DNA of 64,000 nucleotides from Candidatus Aenigmatarchaeota archaeon. Lineage in GTDB: Archaea; Aenigmatarchaeota; Aenigmatarchaeia; GW2011-AR5. Below, one piece after another: positions 10,034 to 19,913 of this stretch (position 1 is the stretch's first letter; every line of letters starts with the position of its first letter). A model generated the notes under the pieces. That model had not been told where the DNA came from. It did not search any database and saw only the letters and a program-made list of their open reading frames with translations. The position numbers and the translations under genes are program-made. The stretch spans positions 11,881 through 75,880 of the forward strand of contig JAWCLW010000001.1 in NCBI GenBank assembly GCA_039091535.1. The letters run 5' to 3'.

Positions 10034-10408
10034 TCACCACTTCTTAAAGAAGCTTGTACTTAATACTTTCAAATCAAAATTACCATTATTGTTTTGACCA
10101 CTTAAAATACCATATATGTTTTCATTTGTTTTAAGATTTTTTAATTCAGAGTATAGCATAATATCTTTATCCCCATCTTTGTCTATATCTATTAATTCTA
10201 CTTTTTCTATTCTTTTTATTTCATAATTGTTTATTTTTGGATCGATTAGTCTATTTCCTTTTTCGTCGATTATTTCGTTTTTAGTAAAATAAATCAATTC
10301 ATATTTACCATCTTTGTTCATATCAACTAAACCGATATAATTTTTGCTTGGTTGACAAGATATCAATGTCGAAAATACTAACGGTAAAACAAGCTTTTTA
10401 ATCTGCAT
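10034..10408 (-). CDS. Secreted lipoprotein-like protein with DKDGDKD calcium-binding-like motifs
   Basis: Signal peptide plus lipobox-like LISC; DxDxDG-type motifs. Confidence 0.4.
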   Translation of the reverse strand: MQIKKLVLPLVFSTLISCQPSKNYIGLVDMNKDGKYELIYFTKNEIIDEKGNRLIDPKINNYEIKRIEKVELIDIDKDGDKDIMLYSELKNLKTNENIYGILSGQNNNGNFDLKVLSTSFFKKW

Positions 10409-10509
10409 TGTACCACCCCATTTTATTTATTAAATATAAAAATAAAAAATATTTAAAATTATATAAAAAATCAAATCGGATAAAAATACATTACAAATGA
10501 ATTACAAAT

Positions 10510-10704
10510 TTATTTCTTCACAATCTTTATGCATTTTGTAGGGCAGATATCTGCTGCTTCTTGGTTGCATCCTATGCTATTCAATTCTGTTTTCTTAGGT
10601 TTTGATTTATCGCCTTTCATCTCCCAATTCTCAGGACATACAGAAACACATGCCCCACATCCTATGCATTCACTAACATTGTGAATTATTTTTATTTTTG
10701 CCAT
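10510..10704 (-). CDS. fdx: 4Fe-4S ferredoxin (small)
   Basis: CIGCGACVSVCP plus a second partial motif C..C..CP; 64 aa. Confidence 0.8.
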   Translation of the reverse strand: MAKIKIIHNVSECIGCGACVSVCPENWEMKGDKSKPKKTELNSIGCNQEAADICPTKCIKIVKK

Positions 10705-10733
10705 ATTTATCCACCCACCTATTCTTTATCGAT

Positions 10734-10994
10734 TCATTCACGAATTTTATTTTTAATTGCATTATTCATTTCTCTGAGCATTTCATCCAATTCCTTTTTT
10801 GTCATGCCATGAGAAATGGCGCCTTGCTCTATTGTTTCATAAAGTGCAACATGACAACCTACACAATGTAGTCCATAATCAAACATTATATTAATGGTTT
10901 CTGGATATTTTCTCACAACCTCGCCAAGTGATGTATCTTTTGTAATTATATTAATTTCTTTTTGTTTTTTTGTTTTCTTCTGCATAAAAATCAC
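10734..10994 (-). CDS. DUF1858 / ScdA-N-like redox disulfide protein
   Basis: GEVVRKYPETINIMFDYGLHCVGCHVALYETIEQGAISHG matches the hybrid-cluster-protein-associated redox disulfide domain. Confidence 0.7.
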   Translation of the reverse strand: MIFMQKKTKKQKEINIITKDTSLGEVVRKYPETINIMFDYGLHCVGCHVALYETIEQGAISHGMTKKELDEMLREMNNAIKNKIRE

Positions 10995-11041
10995 ATAGTT
11001 ATTTTATTATGAATAATATTTATAATTTTGATATAATGGTC

Positions 11042-11137
11042 TCAACTGCATAAACCAAATCCACAATTCCTACAAAATGTACAACCCTCCTGATGAATCA
11101 AAGGAGAGCCACAATCTGGACAAATTTCTTTGTTCAT
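11042..11137 (-). CDS. 31-aa six-Cys Zn-ribbon mini-protein (MNKEICPDCGSPLIHQEGCTFCRNCGFGLCS)
   Basis: Absent from the ORF track (<60 aa); strong SD GAGGTGA 7 nt upstream of the ATG; 12 nt downstream of the cobA stop on the same strand; CxxC-x9-CxxC-xx-C-x4-C. Confidence 0.5.
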   Translation of the reverse strand: MNKEICPDCGSPLIHQEGCTFCRNCGFGLCS

Positions 11138-11153
11138 TGGAATCACCTCATTT

Positions 11154-11729
11154 TTAATATTGTATGCCTTTTGTTGTAGGCAATTTCTCCGGAATTTTTA
11201 TCTCAACAATCTCATTGACAAAATCTGATTTGTCAATTAATTCTTTTGGTGCATATCTCCCAGTCAAAATAACATTTGTTCTTTTTGGTATTTTATTTAA
11301 AAAATCTATTACATCATCAATGTTTAGAAGATTCCAGTGCAAGGCTAAATTAATTTCATCTAAAATCAATAGATGTGGTTTCTTTTCCTTCATAATCTTT
11401 TTTGCAAACTCTAATGCTTCATTTGCAAGTTTTTTGTCAAATTCTTCCAAATTCTTAACAATAAATTTTTTTCCACCGAATCTAAATGTTTTTGAACCTT
11501 TATTATTAACTTTGAACCACCCAGGACGACCAAACTGATATATTTCATAATAAGGTCTCAACCTCTTTTCTATTTTGCATTCTCCAATATTTTTCCACCA
11601 TTTTAAAAACTGTATTATAATAACTTTTTTTTTATGGCCAACAGAGCGCAAAGCTAGACCTAATGCATTTGTTGTTTTACCGCCACCAGAACCAGTATAA
11701 AGATAGATATGTCCCATAATTATCATCAT
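11154..11729 (-). CDS. cobA: Cob(I)alamin adenosyltransferase, CobA/CobO/BtuR family
   Basis: P-loop YTGSGGGKTTNALGLALR, then VIIIQFLK...LLILDEIN, characteristic of CobA-type ATP:corrinoid adenosyltransferases. Confidence 0.85.
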   Translation of the reverse strand: MMIIMGHIYLYTGSGGGKTTNALGLALRSVGHKKKVIIIQFLKWWKNIGECKIEKRLRPYYEIYQFGRPGWFKVNNKGSKTFRFGGKKFIVKNLEEFDKKLANEALEFAKKIMKEKKPHLLILDEINLALHWNLLNIDDVIDFLNKIPKRTNVILTGRYAPKELIDKSDFVNEIVEIKIPEKLPTTKGIQY

Positions 11730-11754
11730 GATGTATTTAGTTAGTTTTTAATCA

Positions 11755-13839
11755 CTAAATAAAACAGGTTTCACATGTTTCATTCTTTTTTATTTGCTCT
11801 TCTGAGTCTATATTTAATACTTGTTTCTCTCTACTACCATATCTATAAATTGTAAGACCCTTACATTTCAGTTTCCATGCAAGCATAAATGCCTTCTCAA
11901 CATCATGTGGTGTAGCAAAATTAGGGAAGTTTATAGTTTTTGAAACAGCATTATCTGTATATTTCTGAAATGCTGCCTGAACTCTTATATGCCATTCTGG
12001 CGAAATATCTAATGCTGTAACAAACAATTTTCTAATTTTTTCAGGTATCTCATCTATTCCTTGGATTGAACCACGTTTTGCTATCTTTTTCATTAATTCC
12101 TCACTATAGATTTCTTCTTCTATCGCAATTTTTTCAAAGAGTGGATTTACCTCGACCAATTCATGACCTAAACTTTCAGATACATCACGAATATAAGAAA
12201 TAGCAAATATTGGTTCAATACCAGAAGAGCAGTTAGCAATAACACCGATGCTTCCTGTAGGAGCAATTGTTGTTGTTGTTGCATTTCTCATTGCCTTATA
12301 TTTATTTTCCCATATGCTTCCGGAAAAGTTCTTAAAAGAACCTTTCTCTATTCCAAGTTCTTCGCTCATTTTCTTTGATTCATCGTTAATAAATTTCATA
12401 ACATTTTCAGCGGTTTTTATGGCCTCTTCGCTCGCATAAGAAATTCCTAACTGTATCAAGAAGTCTGCAAAACCCATGACACCCAAACCAATTTTTCTAT
12501 TAGCTTTTGTCGTTTCCTCTATCTCTTTTATTGGATATTTATTTGCATCAATAACGTTATCTAAAAATCTGACTGCTAATCTCACTGTATTTCTTAGTTT
12601 TTCCCAATCTATTTTTCCATCTTTAATCATTTTTGTAAGATTTATGCTGCCTAAATTGCAACTTTCATATGGTAGTAGTGGTTGCTCGCCACAAGGGTTC
12701 GTAGATTCTATTTTACCTATATGTGGTGTAGGATTGTGTCTATTTATTTCGTCAATAAATATTACGCCAGGTTCACCATTTTTCCATGCCATCATAACTA
12801 ATAAATTGAATACAGCACGTGCTGGTAAACGCTTAACTGCTTCCTTTGTTCTTGGATTTATCAAATCATATTCATCATTCTTTTCGACTGCCCTCATGAA
12901 ATCATCTGTAACTGCTACAGATATATTAAAATTAGATAAAATACCTTCGCGCTCTTTGCATGTTATAAATTCTAAAATATCTGGATGGTCTACACGCAAG
13001 ATGCCCATATTTGCTCCACGTCTCTTCCCTCCTTGTTTTATAACCTCGGTTGCTGTGTTAAATACTTGCATGAATGAGATAGGTCCAGATGCAACACCAC
13101 CCGTGGAGCGAACAACATCACCTTTTGGTCTAAGATTACTAAAAGAGAAACCTGTGCCACCACCACTTTGATGAATTAAAGCTGTATTTTTCACAGCTTC
13201 AAAAATGCTTGCCATATCATCTTTAACAGGTAAAACAAAACATGCAGAAAGCTGTCCCAAACCTGTTCCTGCATTCATCAATGTCGGTGAATTAGGCAAG
13301 AATTCAAGATTTACCATCATGCTATAGAAATTCTCTTCTAACTTTTGAACTTCATCATCACTTTTTCCATAATTTTTTTCAATACTTGCAATTGTTTTTG
13401 CAACTCTTCTAAACATTTGTGATGTAGATTCAATTATTCTTCTATTCTCATCTCTTCGTAAATATCGTGAAGCAAGAACCTTTATTGCATTCATTGATAA
13501 TTTTAGTTCATCTGTTACACCTAAAAGTGCTTTTGCCTCTCTTATCTCTGAGCGCTTTTGTCGGTACAAAATATAAGCCTTAGCAGTTTTTGCATGACCT
13601 TCTTCTATTAAAATCTTTTCAACTATATCCTGTATCTGTTCCACTGTTGGTATTTCATCATCTTTTATTTGTTCTTCCAATTTTTTAACAACCTTATCTG
13701 CAAGCTTTTTGGCTAGTTCATAATCTCTTCCACCAATAGATTGAGCTGCTTTAAAAATAGCATTAGCGATTTTTTCTTTTTCAAATGGGACAATCCTACC
13801 ATCGCGTTTTCTTATTTGTGTGAATTTTGTCATTTTCAA
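11755..13839 (-). CDS. nrdJ: Ribonucleoside reductase, class II (adenosylcobalamin-dependent) with N-terminal ATP-cone
   Basis: ATP-cone (KRDGRIVPFEKEKI); catalytic NPCGEQPL; 694 aa; adjacent cobA; no intein. Confidence 0.85.
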   Translation of the reverse strand: MKMTKFTQIRKRDGRIVPFEKEKIANAIFKAAQSIGGRDYELAKKLADKVVKKLEEQIKDDEIPTVEQIQDIVEKILIEEGHAKTAKAYILYRQKRSEIREAKALLGVTDELKLSMNAIKVLASRYLRRDENRRIIESTSQMFRRVAKTIASIEKNYGKSDDEVQKLEENFYSMMVNLEFLPNSPTLMNAGTGLGQLSACFVLPVKDDMASIFEAVKNTALIHQSGGGTGFSFSNLRPKGDVVRSTGGVASGPISFMQVFNTATEVIKQGGKRRGANMGILRVDHPDILEFITCKEREGILSNFNISVAVTDDFMRAVEKNDEYDLINPRTKEAVKRLPARAVFNLLVMMAWKNGEPGVIFIDEINRHNPTPHIGKIESTNPCGEQPLLPYESCNLGSINLTKMIKDGKIDWEKLRNTVRLAVRFLDNVIDANKYPIKEIEETTKANRKIGLGVMGFADFLIQLGISYASEEAIKTAENVMKFINDESKKMSEELGIEKGSFKNFSGSIWENKYKAMRNATTTTIAPTGSIGVIANCSSGIEPIFAISYIRDVSESLGHELVEVNPLFEKIAIEEEIYSEELMKKIAKRGSIQGIDEIPEKIRKLFVTALDISPEWHIRVQAAFQKYTDNAVSKTINFPNFATPHDVEKAFMLAWKLKCKGLTIYRYGSREKQVLNIDSEEQIKKNETCETCFI

Positions 13840-14254
13840 AACCTTTTTATGATTTATCTAAGTAATGAAAAAAAATTATTACAACCACACACCTGAGTAG
13901 TTTTATTTATGAATTTATTTAAAAATACTTTTCTCTTTTTTGAATTCTATATCAAAAAATAGAAATGACTTCACAGGAATGACGAAAGATTTATATATTG
14001 GTTTGAGCAATTAATATCCTCTTATTTATTTTCCTAGTTCTAATAAGACCCCATTTAAATTATTTGATAAATGAAATATTTTTTTAACATTTAAAGAGCA
14101 TATAATTCATATTTTAAATACTTTTCCAAAAATAAAAATAATAAATTCCGTGAATTTTATGTTTTTAAATTTTACATTGTTTGCGGAATACAAAAAGCCC
14201 TTGATTAATGTTATTACGTGATTTACAAAATAGGGCCTATTTACAGGTGAAAAA

Positions 14255-14950
14255 ATGGTTACAGTAGATGAGGCTGTTATAGCAAAATACGAAAAAGATG
14301 GAAAACATTTCGAAATTCTTGTTGACCCGGAATTAGCCTATGAGCTTAAGGATGGTAAATCTGTTTCTATACAGAAAATGCTAGCTATAAATGCTATTTT
14401 TACTGATGCAAGAAAGGGCGACAGACCATCAAATGCTGACATATTAAAAATATTTGGTACAAATGATATTGAAAAAATTTCAGAATTTATAATAAAAAAT
14501 GGTGAAGTGCAATTAACAACAGAATTCAGAAGAAAAAAGATTGATGAAAAGAAAAGACAGATTGCTGCATTAATAAGTAGATTTGCAATAAATCCACAAA
14601 CAAGATTGCCACATCCACAAGAACGTATTTTAACAGCAATGGAACAAATAAATATATCAATCGACCCATTCAAACCAGCAGAACAACAAGTTGATAATGT
14701 TGTAAAACTATTGAAATCTATTTTACCTCTTTCTCTAGAAGAGCTCACACTTATTGTTGAGATACCTGCAAAATATACGGGTAGGGCCTATGGAATTTTA
14801 AAAGAATACAATGTCCATCAAGATAAATGGCTCAACGACGGTACCCTAGTTGCAAGGATCACAATACCAGCTGGACTAAAAGAAAACATTTACAGAAGAC
14901 TTGGTGCCTTGTGCGAAGGTAATTTAAAAATCGAAGAGGTAAAGAGGTAA
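14255..14950 (+). CDS. sdo1: Ribosome maturation factor SBDS/Sdo1
   Basis: VILVDPELAYELKDGK N-terminal FYSH domain; 231 aa; followed by the exosome genes. Confidence 0.9.
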   Translation: MVTVDEAVIAKYEKDGKHFEILVDPELAYELKDGKSVSIQKMLAINAIFTDARKGDRPSNADILKIFGTNDIEKISEFIIKNGEVQLTTEFRRKKIDEKKRQIAALISRFAINPQTRLPHPQERILTAMEQINISIDPFKPAEQQVDNVVKLLKSILPLSLEELTLIVEIPAKYTGRAYGILKEYNVHQDKWLNDGTLVARITIPAGLKENIYRRLGALCEGNLKIEEVKR

Positions 14951-14955
14951 AAGAT

Positions 14956-15267
14956 ATGAAAATAAAATATTATGAATGGTTGAACAATGTATATTTTGGT
15001 ATACCTATAGATGATGACAATAATGAATATAACATTTGGATACAGAAACTTAATAATAATTATGGGTTTATTGGATCAGATAAAAACTATAAAATAGTTC
15101 ATAATACAAAAAATTCTATTGAAATAATAAAAAAAGATATGAAACTAATCAAAAAATTATTAAATATTTTTTTCTCAGAAAAACCTCCATACAAAAAGGA
15201 AGTAATTCAAGAAATTGATCATCTTTGTCATATTGTTTTTGATAAGTATCTTGAAAAAAAGAGGTGA
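14956..15267 (+). CDS. Hypothetical protein inserted between SBDS and rrp4
   Basis: SD AGAGGTAAAAG upstream; 103 aa, N/K/Y-rich; no recognisable domain. Confidence 0.45.
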   Translation: MKIKYYEWLNNVYFGIPIDDDNNEYNIWIQKLNNNYGFIGSDKNYKIVHNTKNSIEIIKKDMKLIKKLLNIFFSEKPPYKKEVIQEIDHLCHIVFDKYLEKKR

Positions 15268-15271
15268 AAAA

Positions 15272-15961
15272 ATGATCGAAAAACCACAAAGGAAATTAGT
15301 TATACCTGGTGATTTTTTGGGAATCGGACGTGCTGGTCATGGAGCTTATGAAGAAGATGGGAAAATTTTTTCAAAATTTGTTGGCCTTGCAGAACAGAAA
15401 GGTGATTTGTTCTTTGTAATACCACTTAGCGGAATTTATAATCCAAAACGTGGTGATGGTGTTATAGGAAAAATTGAGGATATAGTATTTTCAAAATGGA
15501 TAGTTGATATAAATTCACCTTATCAAGCCGTATTGCCACTAAGTGAAGCAACAGAAGATTTTATAGATTTGACAAAAACCGATTTGACAAAATACTTTGA
15601 TTATGGTGACATTATTTTTGCAGAGATATCAAGTGTGACAAAAACAAAAAATATTCAATTGTCAATGCGTGATAGAAAATGCAGGAAACTTCGTGGTGGT
15701 CGATTAATCAAGGTAACACCTGCAAAAGTTCCACGTATTATTGGAAAGGGTGGAAGCATGGTTGAGATGATAAAAGAACTTACAGGAACGCAGATTGTTG
15801 TTGGTCAAAATGGGCTTGTATGGGTAAAAGGTGATAATGAGGATTTAGCTGCAGAAGCGATACTTATAATAGAAGAGAAGTCACACATACAAGGATTAAC
15901 AGACCAAATAAAAACAATGCTTCAAAACAAGCTCAGCAAAAGAATAGAAACAAATGTATAA
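15272..15961 (+). CDS. rrp4: Exosome RNA-binding subunit Rrp4 (S1 + KH)
   Basis: Start chosen at the ATG behind SD GAGGTGA (ORF track starts at 15215); S1 domain then KH (RIIGKGGSMVEMIKELTG). Confidence 0.85.
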   Translation: MIEKPQRKLVIPGDFLGIGRAGHGAYEEDGKIFSKFVGLAEQKGDLFFVIPLSGIYNPKRGDGVIGKIEDIVFSKWIVDINSPYQAVLPLSEATEDFIDLTKTDLTKYFDYGDIIFAEISSVTKTKNIQLSMRDRKCRKLRGGRLIKVTPAKVPRIIGKGGSMVEMIKELTGTQIVVGQNGLVWVKGDNEDLAAEAILIIEEKSHIQGLTDQIKTMLQNKLSKRIETNV

Positions 15962-15973
15962 TGATGTGATCAA

Positions 15974-16198
15974 ATGAATAAGAAAAATCTTAAAAAAGTT
16001 TATCTTCCTAAGTGGACTGCTTGGTTCATGTTAATAGTACTCATACCAATATTAAGAGTAATCGAATATGAGGCATTTTATGGAAAGGATCAATATCCAA
16101 TTATGGGTATCGTTGTCGGATTTTTATTTTTAGCACTTTTAGTAATGTTATTTGTTGTCGCATATAAAAAAATTCCATATATGTTTATAGAAAATTAG
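15974..16198 (+). CDS. Small two-TM membrane protein inserted between rrp4 and rrp41
   Basis: 74 aa with two hydrophobic helices; downstream SD AGGAGG precedes rrp41. Confidence 0.4.
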   Translation: MNKKNLKKVYLPKWTAWFMLIVLIPILRVIEYEAFYGKDQYPIMGIVVGFLFLALLVMLFVVAYKKIPYMFIEN

Positions 16199-16210
16199 GA
16201 GGATGATATT

Positions 16211-16927
16211 ATGGAAGAAAAATTAATTAAAGATGGTATACGCCTTGATGGTCGCAGATTTGATGAAATCCGACCAATAGAGGCAAAAGTTGGTGTAATT
16301 AAGAATGCCGATGGTTCTGCACTATTCAAATTGGGAAACACAGTTGCAGTTGCTGGTGTTTATGGGCCAAGAAAAGTTTTTCCAAGACACGAAGAAGAAA
16401 TGGAAAAATCTATTTTGCGTGTAAGATATAACATGGCTCCTTTTGCAACAATAGAGCGTGGAAGACCTGGACCAAGTAGAAGAAGCATCGAGATTTCACT
16501 TGTTACAAGAGAGGCGTTATTACCTGTTTTATTTTTAGATGAGTTTCCAAAGACTGCAATAGATTTGCATATAGAGGTTCTTGATGCAAATGCTTCCACA
16601 AGAATTGCAGGCATAAATGCTGCATCGCTTGCACTTGCAGATGCAGGTGTTCCTATGAAAGATTTAATATGTGCATGCTCTGCAGGAAAAGTTGAGGGTA
16701 ACATTGTACTTGATATCGCAGGAAAGGAAGATACAGAAGGAGAATTAGATTTGCCTGTTGCTTATTATCCAAAACAAAAACAGATAACACTTTTACAGAT
16801 GGACGGTCTAACAGACAAAGAAGAGTTAAAAAAAATTATATCACTTGCAATAGAAGGGTGCAAAAAAATTTATGAGATACAAAAAAAAGTTTTAAAAAAT
16901 AAATATGTAGTTGAAGAAGAGGTCTAA
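16211..16927 (+). CDS. rrp41: Exosome RNase PH subunit Rrp41
   Basis: RNase PH domain (DGRRFDEIRP...GSALFKLGNTVAVAGVYGP); 238 aa. Confidence 0.9.
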   Translation: MEEKLIKDGIRLDGRRFDEIRPIEAKVGVIKNADGSALFKLGNTVAVAGVYGPRKVFPRHEEEMEKSILRVRYNMAPFATIERGRPGPSRRSIEISLVTREALLPVLFLDEFPKTAIDLHIEVLDANASTRIAGINAASLALADAGVPMKDLICACSAGKVEGNIVLDIAGKEDTEGELDLPVAYYPKQKQITLLQMDGLTDKEELKKIISLAIEGCKKIYEIQKKVLKNKYVVEEEV

Positions 16928-16938
16928 AAGGTGATAAT

Positions 16939-17727
16939 ATGATAGAAGTGGATATAGAACTAATAAAGAATATTATAAAAAAAGGTAAACGTATTGATAA
17001 TCGTGATTTTGAAAAATATAGAGAAATTATTATTGAGCAAGGTATTATTTCATCGGCAGAGGGATCAGCAAAAGTTAAAATAGGTGATACAGAGGTTATC
17101 GCCGGTGTAAAGATGGATGTTGGAGAACCATATCCAGATTCGCCTGATGAAGGTGTAATAACAGTTTCAGCAGAATTTGTGCCTTTAGCAAGTCCTGAAT
17201 TTGAGGCAGGACCACCAGGTGAAGATGCAATAGAACTTGCACGGGTTGTTGACAGAGCAATACGCGAATCAAAAGCCATAGATTTTAAGAAATTATGCAT
17301 AACTCCAAAAGAAAAAGTATGGATGATTTTTGTAGATTTAGATATACTTAATGATGATGGAAATCTTATAGATGCATCAGGGCTTGCAACAATTGTAGCA
17401 TTGTTGAATACAAGAATACCAGAACTTACAGAGGATGGAAAACCAAACTATGAAAAGAGAGTTGAAAAACTACCAATAAATGGCATACCAATCTCAACAA
17501 CATTTGTAAAGATAGATAATACAATAATTGCTGACCCAAATCTTGCAGAGAGCAAATCTATGAATGCACGACTTACTGTAGGCACGGTTGATAAAGATGA
17601 TAAAATCATGATTTGTTCGTTACAGAAAGGTGGGCCAGATGGTTTGTCAATGGAAGATATAGATAAAATTATTGATTTATCTATAAAAAAAGGAGAAGAA
17701 TTTAGAAATTTAATCAGAAGTTTATAA
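16939..17727 (+). CDS. rrp42: Exosome RNase PH-like subunit Rrp42
   Basis: Second RNase PH-fold protein directly after rrp41; 262 aa. Confidence 0.9.
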   Translation: MIEVDIELIKNIIKKGKRIDNRDFEKYREIIIEQGIISSAEGSAKVKIGDTEVIAGVKMDVGEPYPDSPDEGVITVSAEFVPLASPEFEAGPPGEDAIELARVVDRAIRESKAIDFKKLCITPKEKVWMIFVDLDILNDDGNLIDASGLATIVALLNTRIPELTEDGKPNYEKRVEKLPINGIPISTTFVKIDNTIIADPNLAESKSMNARLTVGTVDKDDKIMICSLQKGGPDGLSMEDIDKIIDLSIKKGEEFRNLIRSL

Positions 17728-17761
17728 AAAATTGGGATAAAAATACAACAATTAAAAAATA

Positions 17762-18961
17762 TTATTCATATCTTAATGCTTCAACAGGATCTAATTTTGC
17801 AGCCCTATATGCTGGGTAAGTCCCTGAAACCATTCCAACAATCATTGAAAATAAAATGGCACCTATAATTAACATAGGATCTATTTCTACATTCAATGAT
17901 AAGCCAATTATATTTGTAGCAAACTTAGAAAATCCTAATGAAAGAGAATAGCCAACAATTGTTCCAACAACACCACCAATAAGGCCTACAAACGATGATT
18001 CTATTAAAAAAAGAGCAAGAATTCTTCTATTTGTTGCACCGATTGCCTTCATTACACCTATTTCCTTTGTACGTTCTATAACAGCCATGAGCATTGTATT
18101 CAATATACCAAAACTTGCTACAAGCAAGGAAATTCCAGCAATACCTGCAAGCACAATAGATATTATGCTAAATATCGAATTTATTCTTTCAAGAAGTTGT
18201 TCTGTTGTCATTGCAAAAAAAAGTTTTTCATTATGCAGATCTTCTAATTCTTTTTCAATTCTTTCTGCAACAATTTTTGGGTCTTCGTATGCTTTTGCAA
18301 AAATTACTGTTATATCTTCCTTATCGCCAATAATATCACGTAGTGTCTCAATGGGTATTATTATTCCATTATCATCCTGTTGATTTCCTGTAGGTTTCAT
18401 AATGCCTATAACACGAATCTCTTTACCCAATATTTTTATTTTGTCTCCGACTCTAATTTCATTACCAAATATATCTGTGTGAACTCTACTTCCTATGATT
18501 GCTACTGATTTTTCATCTTCTTTCATGAAACGACCTTCATCAAGTGTATATCTCTGAACTCCTGAAAAAAATATTTTGCTTTCCTTACTTGACACACCAT
18601 AAATAGTTATAAATGATGTTTTTTTTTCATAACTTACAGGAAGATTTTTGAGTAGTATAGGTATAGCGATATCAACACCCCTTGTCTTTTTTACAATATC
18701 TAAATCCTTTTCAGAAAGTTTTTGGGTAAATCCTGTTGGTGGACCAAAACCACCGGATGTTTTTGGAATTATAATTATTTTATCAGTACCTATTTGTTCC
18801 AATTGTTTTGCAACAGATGTCGATAGGCCTGATCCAAGAGAAATTAATGCAACAACAGATGCGATACCAACAATCACACCCAAAAGTGTTAGGACTGTCC
18901 TTGCCTTCTGATGTGAAAGATTTCTGAATGCTATCTTAAAAATTTCTTCCATAAGAATCAC
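17762..18961 (-). CDS. ABC transporter permease, MacB/FtsX-like (N-terminal TM + periplasmic domain + C-terminal FtsX 3-TM)
   Basis: MacB_PCD-like extracytoplasmic segment and C-terminal FtsX helices; 399 aa. Confidence 0.85.
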   Translation of the reverse strand: MILMEEIFKIAFRNLSHQKARTVLTLLGVIVGIASVVALISLGSGLSTSVAKQLEQIGTDKIIIIPKTSGGFGPPTGFTQKLSEKDLDIVKKTRGVDIAIPILLKNLPVSYEKKTSFITIYGVSSKESKIFFSGVQRYTLDEGRFMKEDEKSVAIIGSRVHTDIFGNEIRVGDKIKILGKEIRVIGIMKPTGNQQDDNGIIIPIETLRDIIGDKEDITVIFAKAYEDPKIVAERIEKELEDLHNEKLFFAMTTEQLLERINSIFSIISIVLAGIAGISLLVASFGILNTMLMAVIERTKEIGVMKAIGATNRRILALFLIESSFVGLIGGVVGTIVGYSLSLGFSKFATNIIGLSLNVEIDPMLIIGAILFSMIVGMVSGTYPAYRAAKLDPVEALRYE

Positions 18962-19001
18962 AGGAGATTATTAAGATTAAATAAGATTTCACTTTTGTAA
19001 A

Positions 19002-19907
19002 TTATTTTTTCTTTATGAATGGTTTGATAAACCATCTTATAAATGGTACAAATAATGCACGAAATGCAACAATAATTACTAGCGCATAAATAACATACAT
19101 CCATACTGGTGTATCTGATTTATTCAGTAACGCAGCCTCTTCTGCTGTGATAAGATTTAAATAAACAACATTATTTTGAACGATCTCATCCCCATCAATA
19201 TTTTTATATATCATGGTTATATTTAGTGGATATACACCCTTACTTACATTTTTGAATTTCAGCTCAAAGTCAACAGAATCAAAATCATCACCTTCAATGT
19301 TGCCAACAAAAATTTCATTTCTTTTTATTTCAGCTATATCTGTTTCTGCTTTTACAAGTGTATGGTATGCTGTTCCATCATCCAAATTCACAATATCAAG
19401 TGTAATTTTTGATGTACCAAGTGGATATGGTATTGGCTCTATATCAACGAACAACGCTCTTAAATCTGCTTTTTCCTTCTTTTTACCTTCAACAACTGTA
19501 ATCATGAATTTATTTTCCTTAAATACAAGACTATCATTATCAGTATAATATTTTGTTTTTATATTTATTTCACTTGTTGCATTCGGTGCATCTTTATCAA
19601 CAAGCAATCTATACTCTAATCTTATTTCACCAAATCTTACAATCGATTCATAATGCCTTTCTGAATCATTATCCTGAAGTATAAATGGATATTTTGGTTC
19701 AAGTATAAATGTAATATTTCTTATAGTCTTTACGCCAATATTGTTAGCATTTATCCATATAGTAACATATTTTCCTGCCTCTGCTGGGTATGGATCGTAT
19801 TTCGCAAGGTCTAATTTAAGCATTCCATCATCAAATAATGGTATTGTAACATTAGTTGCATATGTTATTGTTGATAAAAGTAATAAGAAAATTATTATTT
19901 TTTTCAT
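19002..19907 (-). CDS. Secreted beta-rich protein with C-terminal TM anchor, encoded between the ABC ATPase and permease
   Basis: Signal peptide MKKIIIFLLLLSTITYA; C-terminal TM VWMYVIYALVIIVAF plus a basic tail; composition similar to the 2128-3543 protein. Confidence 0.6.
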   Translation of the reverse strand: MKKIIIFLLLLSTITYATNVTIPLFDDGMLKLDLAKYDPYPAEAGKYVTIWINANNIGVKTIRNITFILEPKYPFILQDNDSERHYESIVRFGEIRLEYRLLVDKDAPNATSEINIKTKYYTDNDSLVFKENKFMITVVEGKKKEKADLRALFVDIEPIPYPLGTSKITLDIVNLDDGTAYHTLVKAETDIAEIKRNEIFVGNIEGDDFDSVDFELKFKNVSKGVYPLNITMIYKNIDGDEIVQNNVVYLNLITAEEAALLNKSDTPVWMYVIYALVIIVAFRALFVPFIRWFIKPFIKKK

Positions 19908-19913
19908 TTTGTA

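Noticed and set aside
12476-13171. 231-aa ORF on the + strand inside nrdJ, plus similar shadow ORFs 11164-11538, 16836-17300, 26464-27060, 27895-28575, 32439-32885, 35689-36135, 46725-47207, 56895-57284, 60089-61012
   Set aside because: All lie antisense to strongly supported genes and have Ser/Phe/Leu/Ile-rich compositions with no domains; classic shadow ORFs.
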